Below, piece by piece: positions 1 through 9,963 of a DNA stretch of 64,000 bases. The stretch comes from Balanoglossus misakiensis (Eukaryota; Animalia; Hemichordata). Within the stretch, counting starts at the first letter, position 1. The number at the start of each line of letters is the position of its first letter. Location of the stretch: assembly GCA_040954595.2 (NCBI GenBank), contig CM082579.2, forward strand, positions 4,894,879 through 4,958,878. The letters are read 5' to 3'. The position numbers were made by a program, and so were the translations under genes. Below the pieces are notes generated by a model. It made no database searches, had not been told where the DNA came from, and saw only the letters and a program-made list of their open reading frames with translations.

Positions 1-619
1 AAACTGACCAGGTCCGTTGTTTTCACCTACTGAGTACCCTATATAATTCCGGTCATCGTTATACAAAAACAAACAGGGCTGGCGATTAACACCCAGCCAG
101 AGCATCGCAACTCTTATGTGATGTGATGAAATACGAGATATTATACATGTACATCATTTGTAAACGGTGGAGTTGTGAAAGAAAATGTTACGGGTAAAGG
201 CAATTGCGCCGAGCCGCACAGCGCCGACAGGTGTGGTCGTAGTTTCAGTTCAGAGCGGGTGTTGTGACTAGCGCCCGAAAACTCACGCCACGGTCTCGCG
301 TTATGAACTCGAATGGTAATCACGCTGGCATGTCGTGAAAACGCATGACTCCTTCGTGGCGTGCAAGCTTACAGGACCCCAGACAATAGGTTTACTTTTA
401 AAGGGTTCTTAGATATTCAGAAACTCTTTCGGGGCCGAAAATTTGAAACATTCGAGATGAATCGCACATAAAAACTAGATGGTTCAATCACGTGACGAAT
501 TTCTAACATGGCGGAAGTAGCAAGTTTACTCGGAACTAAGCTCTTTCAACGGGCCACGGCCAGAGTGACTGTAAACGGGCACACAATCAAATGTTTTCAC
601 GTCAGTACAAATAATGGCG

Positions 620-1072
620 TATAAGCTAACCCGGTGACCTTCTGTCAAAGCTCGACTGCGCTCCAGCACAATTGGTCACAGCCACACAAAACAAAATCGA
701 TCTGAACAAAACTGCTGTCAAAAGAAAAGTAACCTGTGACCGAATACAGGTACGCTCAGCCGACTTCCTTATGGGCCGACGTTTATTGAAGGTTGATATC
801 CACTGTTGTCGGTTTAAGACCTGAACTCAATCTGACATCTGATTTTCCAGTTGATCCATTAAAAAACGCTGGACAAATAAGGCCCAGTGATCATTTGGCT
901 AAACAGTACCGAGACATTCTGACCCAGTTTTGTGTTGGTGTTCTACAAAGGCTATGTGTGATGCATGTCGTTGCGAGGGCGAAAATTGTCGACGTCGACA
1001 GCTTTAAAATTGTTTTGCGTAGCTTTCTTCATTTGCGATTGAACTCGACTGTTTGGGGATTTTTTTTTACAG
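620..1072 (+). promoter_or_regulatory. Putative TATA box, non-coding first exon and 5'-UTR intron of the 1115 gene
   Basis: TATAA at 620-624; donor CAG|GTACGC with GT at 750; polypyrimidine acceptor TTTTTTTTACAG ending at 1072, 42 nt before the ATG. Confidence 0.45.
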
Positions 1073-1114
1073 ACTAGATATCAAGTTACCTTGGCTACAC
1101 CAGTGAAATAAACT

Positions 1115-2698
1115 ATGGCTGGATGGTACACGACCACCAGGTGGCGTTATCCAACGTCCCCGAACACCCCATCAACGCCATTTCCAAGAATAAACACGAC
1201 AACACCAGCGTTCACTGAAAAATGGACGACTGATGACCAGGCTGGTTCTTGCGCCGGTTGCCGATGTGAATGCAACACGGGAGGTGCCGTGGCAGCCACT
1301 TTTTGCGTGACGCTCGTGGTCACGGCGCTGGTTTGCTTCCTTCTCTTTTACTTGTACTTGAAGCGGTACCGGCCGCGGGGTCCGCGAGGGCCCTTGCTCG
1401 GTGACGACGAGAGCAAACCCGCGAGAATTGAGAAGTTGGGCGCTGAAGGACGGAACAACCAAGGAGAGGTTGGCGGCGGCGGCAATGATGATGGTATAAC
1501 CAATAACGTTTTCGTTGACGACGAAACAGACGCGCTCAGCGGCCTCCAAGAGCACGGTGCAAAGAGAAGGAATGAAGAAAAAACAAAAGCCGCAAACGAA
1601 GCTGTCAAAGACGGCGCACTAGTCGAAAGCAGGTCGCCAGATGGCGCCGGCGAAGGAAAACAGAGCATACCGAGCAGGCTGAAGGGACTCGTGTTCAAGC
1701 AAAAAGCAAAAGAGACAACCGGCGCGGAAGACAAAGGAACAAAAGTTAGCCGTATCAGCGAAGGCAAAGACAAGTCAGGAACCGAGGGAATCGATGTCAA
1801 ATATGCCTCGGACAAGAACGCCGACGATCAATTGTACGAGGTGCCGGTGACACTACCTGAACCCCCTGCTGAGAAACCGGCGAACAGAAATAGGAAAGCG
1901 AAAAGACACAGCAACGTCGACGCAAAAACAGATCTGGGGTCCATATCAACGACCAATCGCGAAACAGAGAAAGAGAAAAGCAAGACATTGCCGCAGAAGG
2001 CAAATGTCAAAAGCAAGGACAGAGAAAAGCCACCAAGGAACGCAAACGAACAGAAACAGTCGAAAGATACAAAACCGAAGGTGCCAGAATACGTGAATGT
2101 TCCCGTGGGAAGCGATGTCAAAGCCGAAGTTCCCGCCCTCGGCCGCACCCAAGAAGATCAGTCCAGCTATGAGGAACCGGCAGGTGTGTATGAAGCCATG
2201 GGGAACCCGAACGAAGGTGCTTACGTTGACATGTTATCTGGAGATAAAGGTGGCGACGATGATGGTCACGAGTACATGTATCCTGAGGCGGACTTCAGGC
2301 AGTCGATTATCGGCAAAAGGGAGGAGGAAGACGAGAACGTCTACTGCATTCCGGAGGAATCGAATTCACCTACCGACAAACACCCGAGGCCATCGTTCCA
2401 GTCGTACACGTCGCCGCGAACAGAGCCTTCCGAAGAAAAAGAGGTTTTGCGCAAAATCAACGTGGCGGCGATGGTCGGCGGCTACGAGAAGAAGGACGGG
2501 GACACCCACGGCTACATGAATGTGAAATCTCGCACTCTTCCCGCGCACAAATCCAAACCCAGCACGTCGTCTTCGTCGCGCCCGCTAAGCACGGCCAGCG
2601 GCGTCGGCAGTGGTCAAAAGCCCGCCCCATCAACGACCAAAATATCTACGTCAGCTTCTCAGCCGGGCAAGGAAGTAATCATCATACAGAAGGAATGA
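1115..2698 (+). CDS. Single-pass (type III-like) membrane protein with short Thr/Pro-rich ectodomain and long tyrosine-motif-rich cytoplasmic tail (transmembrane adaptor-like), 527 aa
   Basis: Long intact ORF; in-frame TAA at 1109-1111 just upstream; good Kozak context; no signal peptide; CxxCxCxC followed by TM GAVAATFCVTLVVTALVCFLLFYLYL and basic KRYR; tail motifs YEVP, YVNV, YEEP, YEAM, YVDM, YMYP, YCIP, YMNV. Confidence 0.85.
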   Translation: MAGWYTTTRWRYPTSPNTPSTPFPRINTTTPAFTEKWTTDDQAGSCAGCRCECNTGGAVAATFCVTLVVTALVCFLLFYLYLKRYRPRGPRGPLLGDDESKPARIEKLGAEGRNNQGEVGGGGNDDGITNNVFVDDETDALSGLQEHGAKRRNEEKTKAANEAVKDGALVESRSPDGAGEGKQSIPSRLKGLVFKQKAKETTGAEDKGTKVSRISEGKDKSGTEGIDVKYASDKNADDQLYEVPVTLPEPPAEKPANRNRKAKRHSNVDAKTDLGSISTTNRETEKEKSKTLPQKANVKSKDREKPPRNANEQKQSKDTKPKVPEYVNVPVGSDVKAEVPALGRTQEDQSSYEEPAGVYEAMGNPNEGAYVDMLSGDKGGDDDGHEYMYPEADFRQSIIGKREEEDENVYCIPEESNSPTDKHPRPSFQSYTSPRTEPSEEKEVLRKINVAAMVGGYEKKDGDTHGYMNVKSRTLPAHKSKPSTSSSSRPLSTASGVGSGQKPAPSTTKISTSASQPGKEVIIIQKE

Positions 2699-4678
2699 CA
2701 CTGTAAGATTATAGAATGGCAGATTTTAAAGTCGCAATATTTCTTCACAAATAAACCAGTATTAGCTCACATCAACCGACCCATTAGGGACTCGAACTGT
2801 TAATAAATTGATATTTTATGGCCATAATCACCAACTAGAAGATTTGAGAATGTGCCGAGTTGAAACCAGTTAAACTACGTCATCAGGTTGGATATATTTA
2901 TTATATTACTATTACTCAGTATATGCATTGGATATCTTATATTAATGAACATAATTACTGCGAGCGATCTTTTCCAGGCACGTGGTGCAAAGGCGAAAAC
3001 GCTCCTCAAAATTTATGATAAGTTAAACCGATTATTAACTTCTTGTATCTATTAACATACAGGTGCATTACTAGTCATGTCAGTGTACAAGACAATAAAG
3101 GTTATATTATAAAGGTGAAATGTGTCTGCAGTTTAATTTCCCAGCATGCATCGCATGTAAACGTTTGTTTGTGGTCAAGACAATGGGCATAAAAACATTT
3201 GCTGAGATATTTTTACAAAAATATGTTTAAAATTTTGATACCCAATGATTTGTTTTGCTTGCTTGTTTGTAAGTTATGCCCTAAAACTTGCCATGCGAGA
3301 AACTGATGAGAATATTTCGGAAGAAAGGCGTACACTCAACAGTTCCAGGTAATTTTCATTACGTAATTTGCACTTTGAAGGAAACCTACTGGCAGATCTT
3401 TAACCTTGAAAGGACAGCTTAATATGTTAGGTGGACATCACGTCAAGCCGTCACTACTGAGTGCCCGAAACCGATTTATGGAAGGAGGGGGGGGGGGCAA
3501 AAATAAGGGCGGACTACACACACAAATGTCTGTCTATGCTGCAATTTCTAAATCTTAATTTTGAAGTCACAGAAAAATGACACCATTAAAATGTAATCTT
3601 CAGTGACAAACGTTAATAATTAACTCGGCTCTGCATTCCCTTGTGTTATTTACGCAACCACGAAATCAAATCACCTGTTGCTGACACAAAACAATGTACG
3701 TCTCCGCATTCGGTGTCCTGAGGACTCGCTCCTTCCACGGTACAATGCTGCCACAGTGATTTCAAGGTGTCATCAGTATATCCATCAGATTCCTGTTGTT
3801 GCTGAAATTTCTCTCTGACTTATTAGCTCCTCCGCAAAATACCGGAATGACTTTGAGTCCGGTCAACTTGCGAGTCGACGTGTCGGAAAGAAGACGCTGA
3901 ATAATCTAAGAAGTAAGACGCCCATTTTTTCTTGAAACAGGTGAGTAATTATCGGTTCTTGGTCAGGGGAGATTCATTATCAGGTGAAGGTTCGTCGCTT
4001 TGCGTTGACCATGGGGAATTTTAAATACTGCGCAGATGAGACATGTGCATTGCCTTCACTGGTCTATTTTGATTGGGTTACTCCGCAGTAACTCAGAAAT
4101 AGGCAGCTGTCGCTGTGGAGTGACCGTACTTGCATCAGTGTAATTGTTTGATGACTTAGCTAGTCACCGGCCTCAGGCTGTGGAGAGCGAATAGTCGCCG
4201 TGATTAAATTAGAAACTTTGACATGACAAATGTCTACCAGGTAAAAATACATGTACACGTACTGTAACGTGGTTAAACAGACATGGCACATGTGGAACCG
4301 GAATACATGTACCACGTTCAAGTCTATCTGACCTTGAATTTGTTCGTGGTTGGTACAAAACAATATGGAGAATATTGCTCTTCGATTGTGGTGCGTTTTA
4401 AAGAAATTATTAAAACCAGTCATAAGACCACGACCTGAAGTCTTTGTTTCTTCACATCCTTGTGACGTAAACCGCATATCTTAAATTCTTGATAATCATG
4501 ATAGCGTGAACATGTGTATTTACACATACATGATTATAGTCATCGAATTCCGCCTTCTTTGATGTAGTGGAGGACGCTCCACACACCGTCACAGGAATGA
4601 AAGTCCCGTAAATCTTATTTGCCCCATTAATCGTGCAACATGCTCTCCCATCAGATACGCCGGGCATCGCAGTCGGAG

Positions 4679-6370
4679 ATGAAGCATCCAGGGGCATGGA
4701 TAGTATCCATGTTGGCATCACAGCTCATACTGCTGATCCCTTCTCCGTTGAATTCGGTCGACGGTTCTCTGTGCAATTGCACATCGCAGGAGAGACGGTG
4801 GGAAAATTGCACCAACAGGGGCTTCACTCGTATCCCCGGGAGGCTGGACTTTCTCTCGCTGAGCCTTGAACAGAATGACATCACCATGCTCCGCGCAAAT
4901 GAGCTCGTTCAATACGCCTCGCTCCAGTCCTTGGATTTGAGCTGGAACCTGATTGCGGAGATCGAACACGGCACCTTCAATGGTCTCGTGGAGCTACGGA
5001 CGTTGTACTTGCAGGGTAACCGATTAACTGCCCTCCCGGACGACGTGTTTTCGCCCCTGGCAAGTTTGCGGCACTTGGATCTGTCGCGCAACTCGCTGGC
5101 GGCGCTCTCCGGGAGAGTGTTCGCCGGTCTCCGAAGTGTGCAGACGCTGTCACTCTCGGACAACAGAATCACAGACTTGGACACCGCGCACTTCGGTTAT
5201 CTTGAAAATCTAGCGACGTTGAAACTCGAGGGAAATTCCCTCACCGCAGTAAGTTATTCAGTCGTCAAGTCTCTGCCAAAGCTGTCGTCCTTGAACTTGC
5301 GAGACAACCCACTGCAGTGTCACTGCCGCCTTCGCCATCTTTCAAGATGGAGCGCCAACTCTGAACATGCACTCGAAGGTGCTCGCTGTGCCTCCCCAGG
5401 GAGTTTGAAGGGCCAGCCCTTAAAAAGTCTCTCGGCCCTTAACTTGAATTGCACATTACCCCAGATTGATCATTTCTACGTGAGTAACACTGCCGCCACC
5501 GAGGAAGACAATCTCTCTCTTTTCCGGAACGTCAGCGAATTTTCAACGCCTGCATTTGAGAATACCACACACGTTTCTCCTCACACCACGACGACGCCGT
5601 CCGACAAGGAGTGTCCTCACTGCGACGTGACTGTTGCCGTCGTCGCCACTTTTTTCAGCACCTTCTTCGGCACTCTGATAATCTGCGCGACGTTGCTCTA
5701 CCTTCTGCTGCGGCGCTTTCCAAGTGCACACGCCGAGAATGGAAGCGAGGTTGGAAACCACGCGAGTCTGGTCATTGCAAATCTAGCCGCTGTGCTGAAT
5801 TCCCCGTCGACGGGACGAAATGAAACCGGCGACAACGTAGCAGCCTCGGCGAACGGCTCATCGACGATGACTGAAGCCCAATACAGTAGTATCGGAACCA
5901 TCAAGAAGGACGAGAATGCTCAAAATAACGGCTTCAGCGCTGGCTGTAAGGGTACTAAGAGAATATCCCAACAACCTGTTGACCAAAATCCTGGAAAACC
6001 CAAACCGATTCCTGAATACTTTGAAGTCATTGCGGACGACAGCGGGTCGACGGACAGACCACGTGACGTTACTGAAACACACTCTGGAGGACAAACATAC
6101 CACTATGCGTACGATTTATTCCCTGAGCGTCGTGACCACGAACAGGAAAACGACAACAGGGATGTCGATGCGACAAGAAGAACCATATATGTGGGCGACT
6201 CCGCACAGGACGACACCGCGCCATTCTACGCAACTCTAGAACCGGAAGCGGACGACACAACGGTTGAAAACGATGAAAAAGAGCTGGGTAGCGATCACAC
6301 AGAGACAATACCTACTTTCGTCGGGAGTGAAGATAGTACCATTTACCAAAACTTTCCAATCCCCAAGTGA
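4679..6370 (+). CDS. LRR single-pass receptor (signal peptide, LRRNT, ~7 LRRs, LRRCT, stalk, TM, long Tyr-containing tail, no TIR)
   Basis: LxxLxLxxN repeats; NPLQCHC...CASPGSLKG...C cap; TM VAVVATFFSTFFGTLIICATLLYLLL-RR. Start set at MKHPG (4679) because acceptor TCTCCCATCAG ends at 4654, pairing with donor CAG|GTGAGT at 3941. Confidence 0.9.
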   Translation: MKHPGAWIVSMLASQLILLIPSPLNSVDGSLCNCTSQERRWENCTNRGFTRIPGRLDFLSLSLEQNDITMLRANELVQYASLQSLDLSWNLIAEIEHGTFNGLVELRTLYLQGNRLTALPDDVFSPLASLRHLDLSRNSLAALSGRVFAGLRSVQTLSLSDNRITDLDTAHFGYLENLATLKLEGNSLTAVSYSVVKSLPKLSSLNLRDNPLQCHCRLRHLSRWSANSEHALEGARCASPGSLKGQPLKSLSALNLNCTLPQIDHFYVSNTAATEEDNLSLFRNVSEFSTPAFENTTHVSPHTTTTPSDKECPHCDVTVAVVATFFSTFFGTLIICATLLYLLLRRFPSAHAENGSEVGNHASLVIANLAAVLNSPSTGRNETGDNVAASANGSSTMTEAQYSSIGTIKKDENAQNNGFSAGCKGTKRISQQPVDQNPGKPKPIPEYFEVIADDSGSTDRPRDVTETHSGGQTYHYAYDLFPERRDHEQENDNRDVDATRRTIYVGDSAQDDTAPFYATLEPEADDTTVENDEKELGSDHTETIPTFVGSEDSTIYQNFPIPK

Positions 6371-6986
6371 TGAGTTTATTGCCACTATTTTTCATCATTA
6401 CTCACAATTTAACCGAAATATGTATGTATATGTAAACACATTTCCGCACTTACTTGAACAAAACTCCTGTGTAAACGAAGAACTTGTGTGGTCCAGGTCC
6501 TCTGAATTTTCATGTTACCGGTCTTCTCTACACACAGGACCAAGCTCGAGCTGTGGAAATTACACAAATGGCAAATTCATGTTCACAAAATATACTGTAC
6601 GTTCCAAAGGAACATGTGTTCTTCTCACCCGATCAGGTGTCCCCGTTTCATTATTTTTTGACCACTCCACTAACGTTGGATGCACGTTGTGCTGACGTTG
6701 GCGATTCTGCGGCGACCGCGTGTGGAGTGACCGTGTCCTGTTTGACAGGTGAGGCCGAAAACTCGAGATGCGACCGACCGCGACCGGGCTCCCTCTCCGG
6801 GGCCGATGTGAATGTGCACTCACTTACCGCCGAAATTGATTGATCTGAAGGGTAGGGCCTAGTAACGGTTAGGTCGCGAGCGAACACCACCACAAGCATT
6901 ACGGCTATCAATATAGCCTACAGAAAAATCCATTGGCTATGTTAACTTGACTCAAATAAGACACGCGATGTGGCATGGCATGACAT

Positions 6987-7102
6987 AGCTGCAATGATTG
7001 AAGCGGGGTGCTGCTGGGTTGACGGTGTTGTTCGCAGCACTACTTGTTGATTAGTGCCGCGAATTCGTCCACCTAGCAGCACCCGCTACAATCATTGCAG
7101 CT
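6987..7102. repeat. ~116-bp near-perfect inverted repeat (MITE-like/foldback hairpin)
   Basis: Left arm AGCTGCAATGATTGAAGCGGGGTGCTGCTGGGTTGACG pairs with right arm CGTCCACCTAGCAGCACCCGCTACAATCATTGCAGCT; inner stem TTCGCAGCACTA/TAGTGCCGCGAA. Confidence 0.8.
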
Positions 7103-7704
7103 GGGCGTGGCACGACATGTCAAATATAGCATCGTTGGCAAAATTCTCGCTTACCATAATGAAGGCCCGCTATATATCGTATTTGAGAGGTAACGGTCAA
7201 ATAGAAGCCATTCGTCGGTGAGCCAGTATATTACATGGACGTCCATGGCTAGTTCAACTAGCCACGTACATGTGCCGGTTGTACATCATGGTACGATAGA
7301 TGGCGATGAGGTTTTTTACTGATACTATGGCACTATTCAACAGGTGGTTACTTCCCATGGTTTGTGGTCTCTTCATGTAGGCCCCTTACCCCAGAAGACA
7401 TGCAGCAACGGCGTTCCTTATACATGTAGGCATCTGACAGAAGTGCACCACACAGTCAAGTGACGGAAATGACTTGGTGGCCACGTGTTGCAGTGACGTC
7501 ATGTGAAGAAGCTGTTTGCTGTGTTGGATGATGATGACGAACATGTCATCGCATTAGTAAAATATAACATTCAACATGTTTTTGTCAGTGACACTACAAT
7601 TTCGACATGTGTTTACGCTAATCATTTCATTTAATCTTTCAAATCAACTGAGCCCAACGCAAAAAAAAATCTCACGGTTTAGTAAATTTTGTACCGCATG
7701 TGTC

Positions 7705-7775
7705 GCATCGGTGGTTCAGTGGTAGAATTCTCGCCTGCCACGCGGGAGGCCCGGGTTCGATTCCCGGCCGATGCA
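7705..7775 (+). tRNA. tRNA-Gly (anticodon GCC)
   Basis: 71-nt canonical eukaryotic tRNA-Gly GCATCGGTGGTTCAGTGGTAGAA...CTGCCAC...GGTTCGATTCCCGGCCGATGCA; anticodon at 7737-7739; A/B boxes present; T-runs downstream as Pol III terminator. Confidence 0.98.
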
Positions 7776-8310
7776 ATTGAAGTTTTGTTTTGTTTTTCTT
7801 TCTATACCAGTCAACGAAAACTATTAGTCGAAAATCACCAATGACAGACGGCGGCAGAAGAAACACCGCAAGTTCCAGGCTTATTTTTTTTTTTTTTTGC
7901 ATAAAAACGTTTTATTCACGATAGGTCTGTATATATACGAATGACTTAAAATTGTCCGGCAAATAAAGACTGTTATTCAGGTGTGTCTCTCGTTGATTAG
8001 TCAGTGTACGGGGTGGCGATTGTTAATTAGCCCGAATCTTGGATAACATTAATAGCAATTGTGCAATGCACACACATCAGTTATATTGAGACACACTACC
8101 AGCGTAACAAAATGCGATCATACCCCGCAAGCCTTTATAGCGATCCTGAACAAAATGCAACACCAGTGAAAATAATAAAAGTCATCTGTAATTAAACTGT
8201 GGGGTTTCATCAAAGGACAAATGCTCAGCTATACTTATAGTGATTTTGGTGTTTGTGTGTGTTTCTATAATTTTATCACTGCTTATGTTTTTCTATCGCA
8301 ATGATGGGTT

Positions 8311-9963
8311 TTATATTGTCTCGTTTGTCTGCGACTGGTAACCCGTGGTCCGCTTTCTACGCGCCAGGAAACCGATGCCGATTGTCGCCAGCACGCCCAG
8401 GAAGAAGCAGCCGACGATGATGCCGATCCAGGCTATGGTGTCGAGGCCCTCTTCCACGACTTTGCCGCTCGATACGCACATTTCGCTGAATTCGTGGAGC
8501 GGTATCTCCTCGATGACCTTGTCCTCGTACTCGGTCGGGCTGTGGCACAAGGTTTGGACGCCCGTGTTGTGGCAGCCGGACCAGGCGCGGTACTCCAGCA
8601 TGCCGCAGTCGCAGTGCAGGGGGTTGTCCGTCAGGATGAAGTAGTCCAGGGCCGGCAGGATTTCGAAGATGTCTCCGGGGACGGTGAGCAGCTTGTTGGT
8701 GTCGATGTCGAAGTGCCTGAGCTTGTCCAATCCGGCGAACCACTTCGACTCGAGTACTTCGATCTGGTTGTAGTAGATCAGGAAATTGGTCATGTTCCTG
8801 CAGCAGTCTGTGAAGATGTTTTCCTCGAGCGCGGTCAGGTTGTTCGTGGACAGGCTTATGTACTCAATGCTCGCCAGACCGGTGAACATATCTTTGGTTA
8901 CCTGCGACAGCTTGTTCGAGGCCAGCTGCAGTCGTGTCAGGTGACCGAGGTCGTTAAACGCGCCCGTTTCTATGGAGTACACTTTGTTTGAGTCCAGCTC
9001 GATGTTGTCGATCCTCGGGAGCCCTTGGAACGAGTTCGCCTTCAGCTCTTGCACGTTGTTGTAGCGCATGACGAGCTCCTCCAGCTTGTCCAGGCCTTTC
9101 CAGTAGTTCGACGTGATTTGGCTGATGTTGTTGAAGTTCAAATTCAGATCTACCAGCTCGGGTGTGTTCATGAAGGTGTCCGTCTTTATGGTGGCGATCT
9201 GGTTTCTGTCGACATAAAGGTTTGTGAGAAACTGCAGTCCGTCCAACATCTCGCCTGTAAGCTGCGTCAGCTCGTTGCTCGACAGCTTCAAATAAGTTAT
9301 CGAATACAGGCCTAGAAAACTTCCCTGCTCGATCGAGGAAATTTTGTTCACGTCCAAGCGGAGTTCTGCCAGATTTTTCAGATCGTTGAACGTGTTGGCT
9401 TTCAAGTCCGTTATTTTGTTGTACTGCAGGTGGAGTTCGTCAAGATTTTCAAGTCCCTCGAAGGTGCTTTTAGTCAGAGTTTCGAGCGAATTGTTGTTCA
9501 GGTGAAGGTTCGTCAGTGTATCTGTGGTCTCAAAGGCGCCATCTTGGATGGATGTCAAGGCGTTGTGCGCAACATCCAGAGTTTCGATGCTGGCGAGACC
9601 GACGAACATCTCGCTGTAAAGGGTTGTGAGGTTGTTGTCGGCCAGGTTCAGCTCTTCTAACAACCCCGTCCCGTTGAAAGCGCCCGCGGCGATGGAGTGA
9701 ATCAGGTTCGAGTCCAGCCGCAGAGTTGTCAGATTAACCAACTGGATGAACGAATCCGCCGCCAACATCGCGATTTTGTTCTTCTGCAGGTACAGTGTCT
9801 GCGTGTCGCTCGGAATGCCAGCCGGGACTGCGGTCAGATTGCGCGATGAGCAGTCGACAACCAGAGGAACGCTACAGTTGCAAGCAGTGGGACAAGAGAG
9901 GGCGATGTCGATGAACGCCGCCAAGAAGACCGTGGCAACAGCGACGACCCTAAAAAAATTCAT
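8311..9963 (-). CDS. LRR single-pass receptor, ~17 LRRs, short tail (550 aa, SLIT/LRRC15-like architecture, no TIR)
   Basis: Signal peptide MNFFRVVAVATVFLAAFIDIALS, CPxxCxC LRRNT, 24-aa LRRs, NPLHCDC LRRCT, TM IAWIGIIVGCFFLGVLATIGIGFLA-RRKR. Splice acceptor TTCTTCGCAG lies 4 nt upstream of the ATG at 9963. Confidence 0.92.
   Translation of the reverse strand: MNFFRVVAVATVFLAAFIDIALSCPTACNCSVPLVVDCSSRNLTAVPAGIPSDTQTLYLQKNKIAMLAADSFIQLVNLTTLRLDSNLIHSIAAGAFNGTGLLEELNLADNNLTTLYSEMFVGLASIETLDVAHNALTSIQDGAFETTDTLTNLHLNNNSLETLTKSTFEGLENLDELHLQYNKITDLKANTFNDLKNLAELRLDVNKISSIEQGSFLGLYSITYLKLSSNELTQLTGEMLDGLQFLTNLYVDRNQIATIKTDTFMNTPELVDLNLNFNNISQITSNYWKGLDKLEELVMRYNNVQELKANSFQGLPRIDNIELDSNKVYSIETGAFNDLGHLTRLQLASNKLSQVTKDMFTGLASIEYISLSTNNLTALEENIFTDCCRNMTNFLIYYNQIEVLESKWFAGLDKLRHFDIDTNKLLTVPGDIFEILPALDYFILTDNPLHCDCGMLEYRAWSGCHNTGVQTLCHSPTEYEDKVIEEIPLHEFSEMCVSSGKVVEEGLDTIAWIGIIVGCFFLGVLATIGIGFLARRKRTTGYQSQTNETI

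Noticed and set aside
8311-8325. C-terminal NETI as a class I PDZ ligand
   Set aside because: The -2 residue is Glu, not Ser/Thr; too weak to call.
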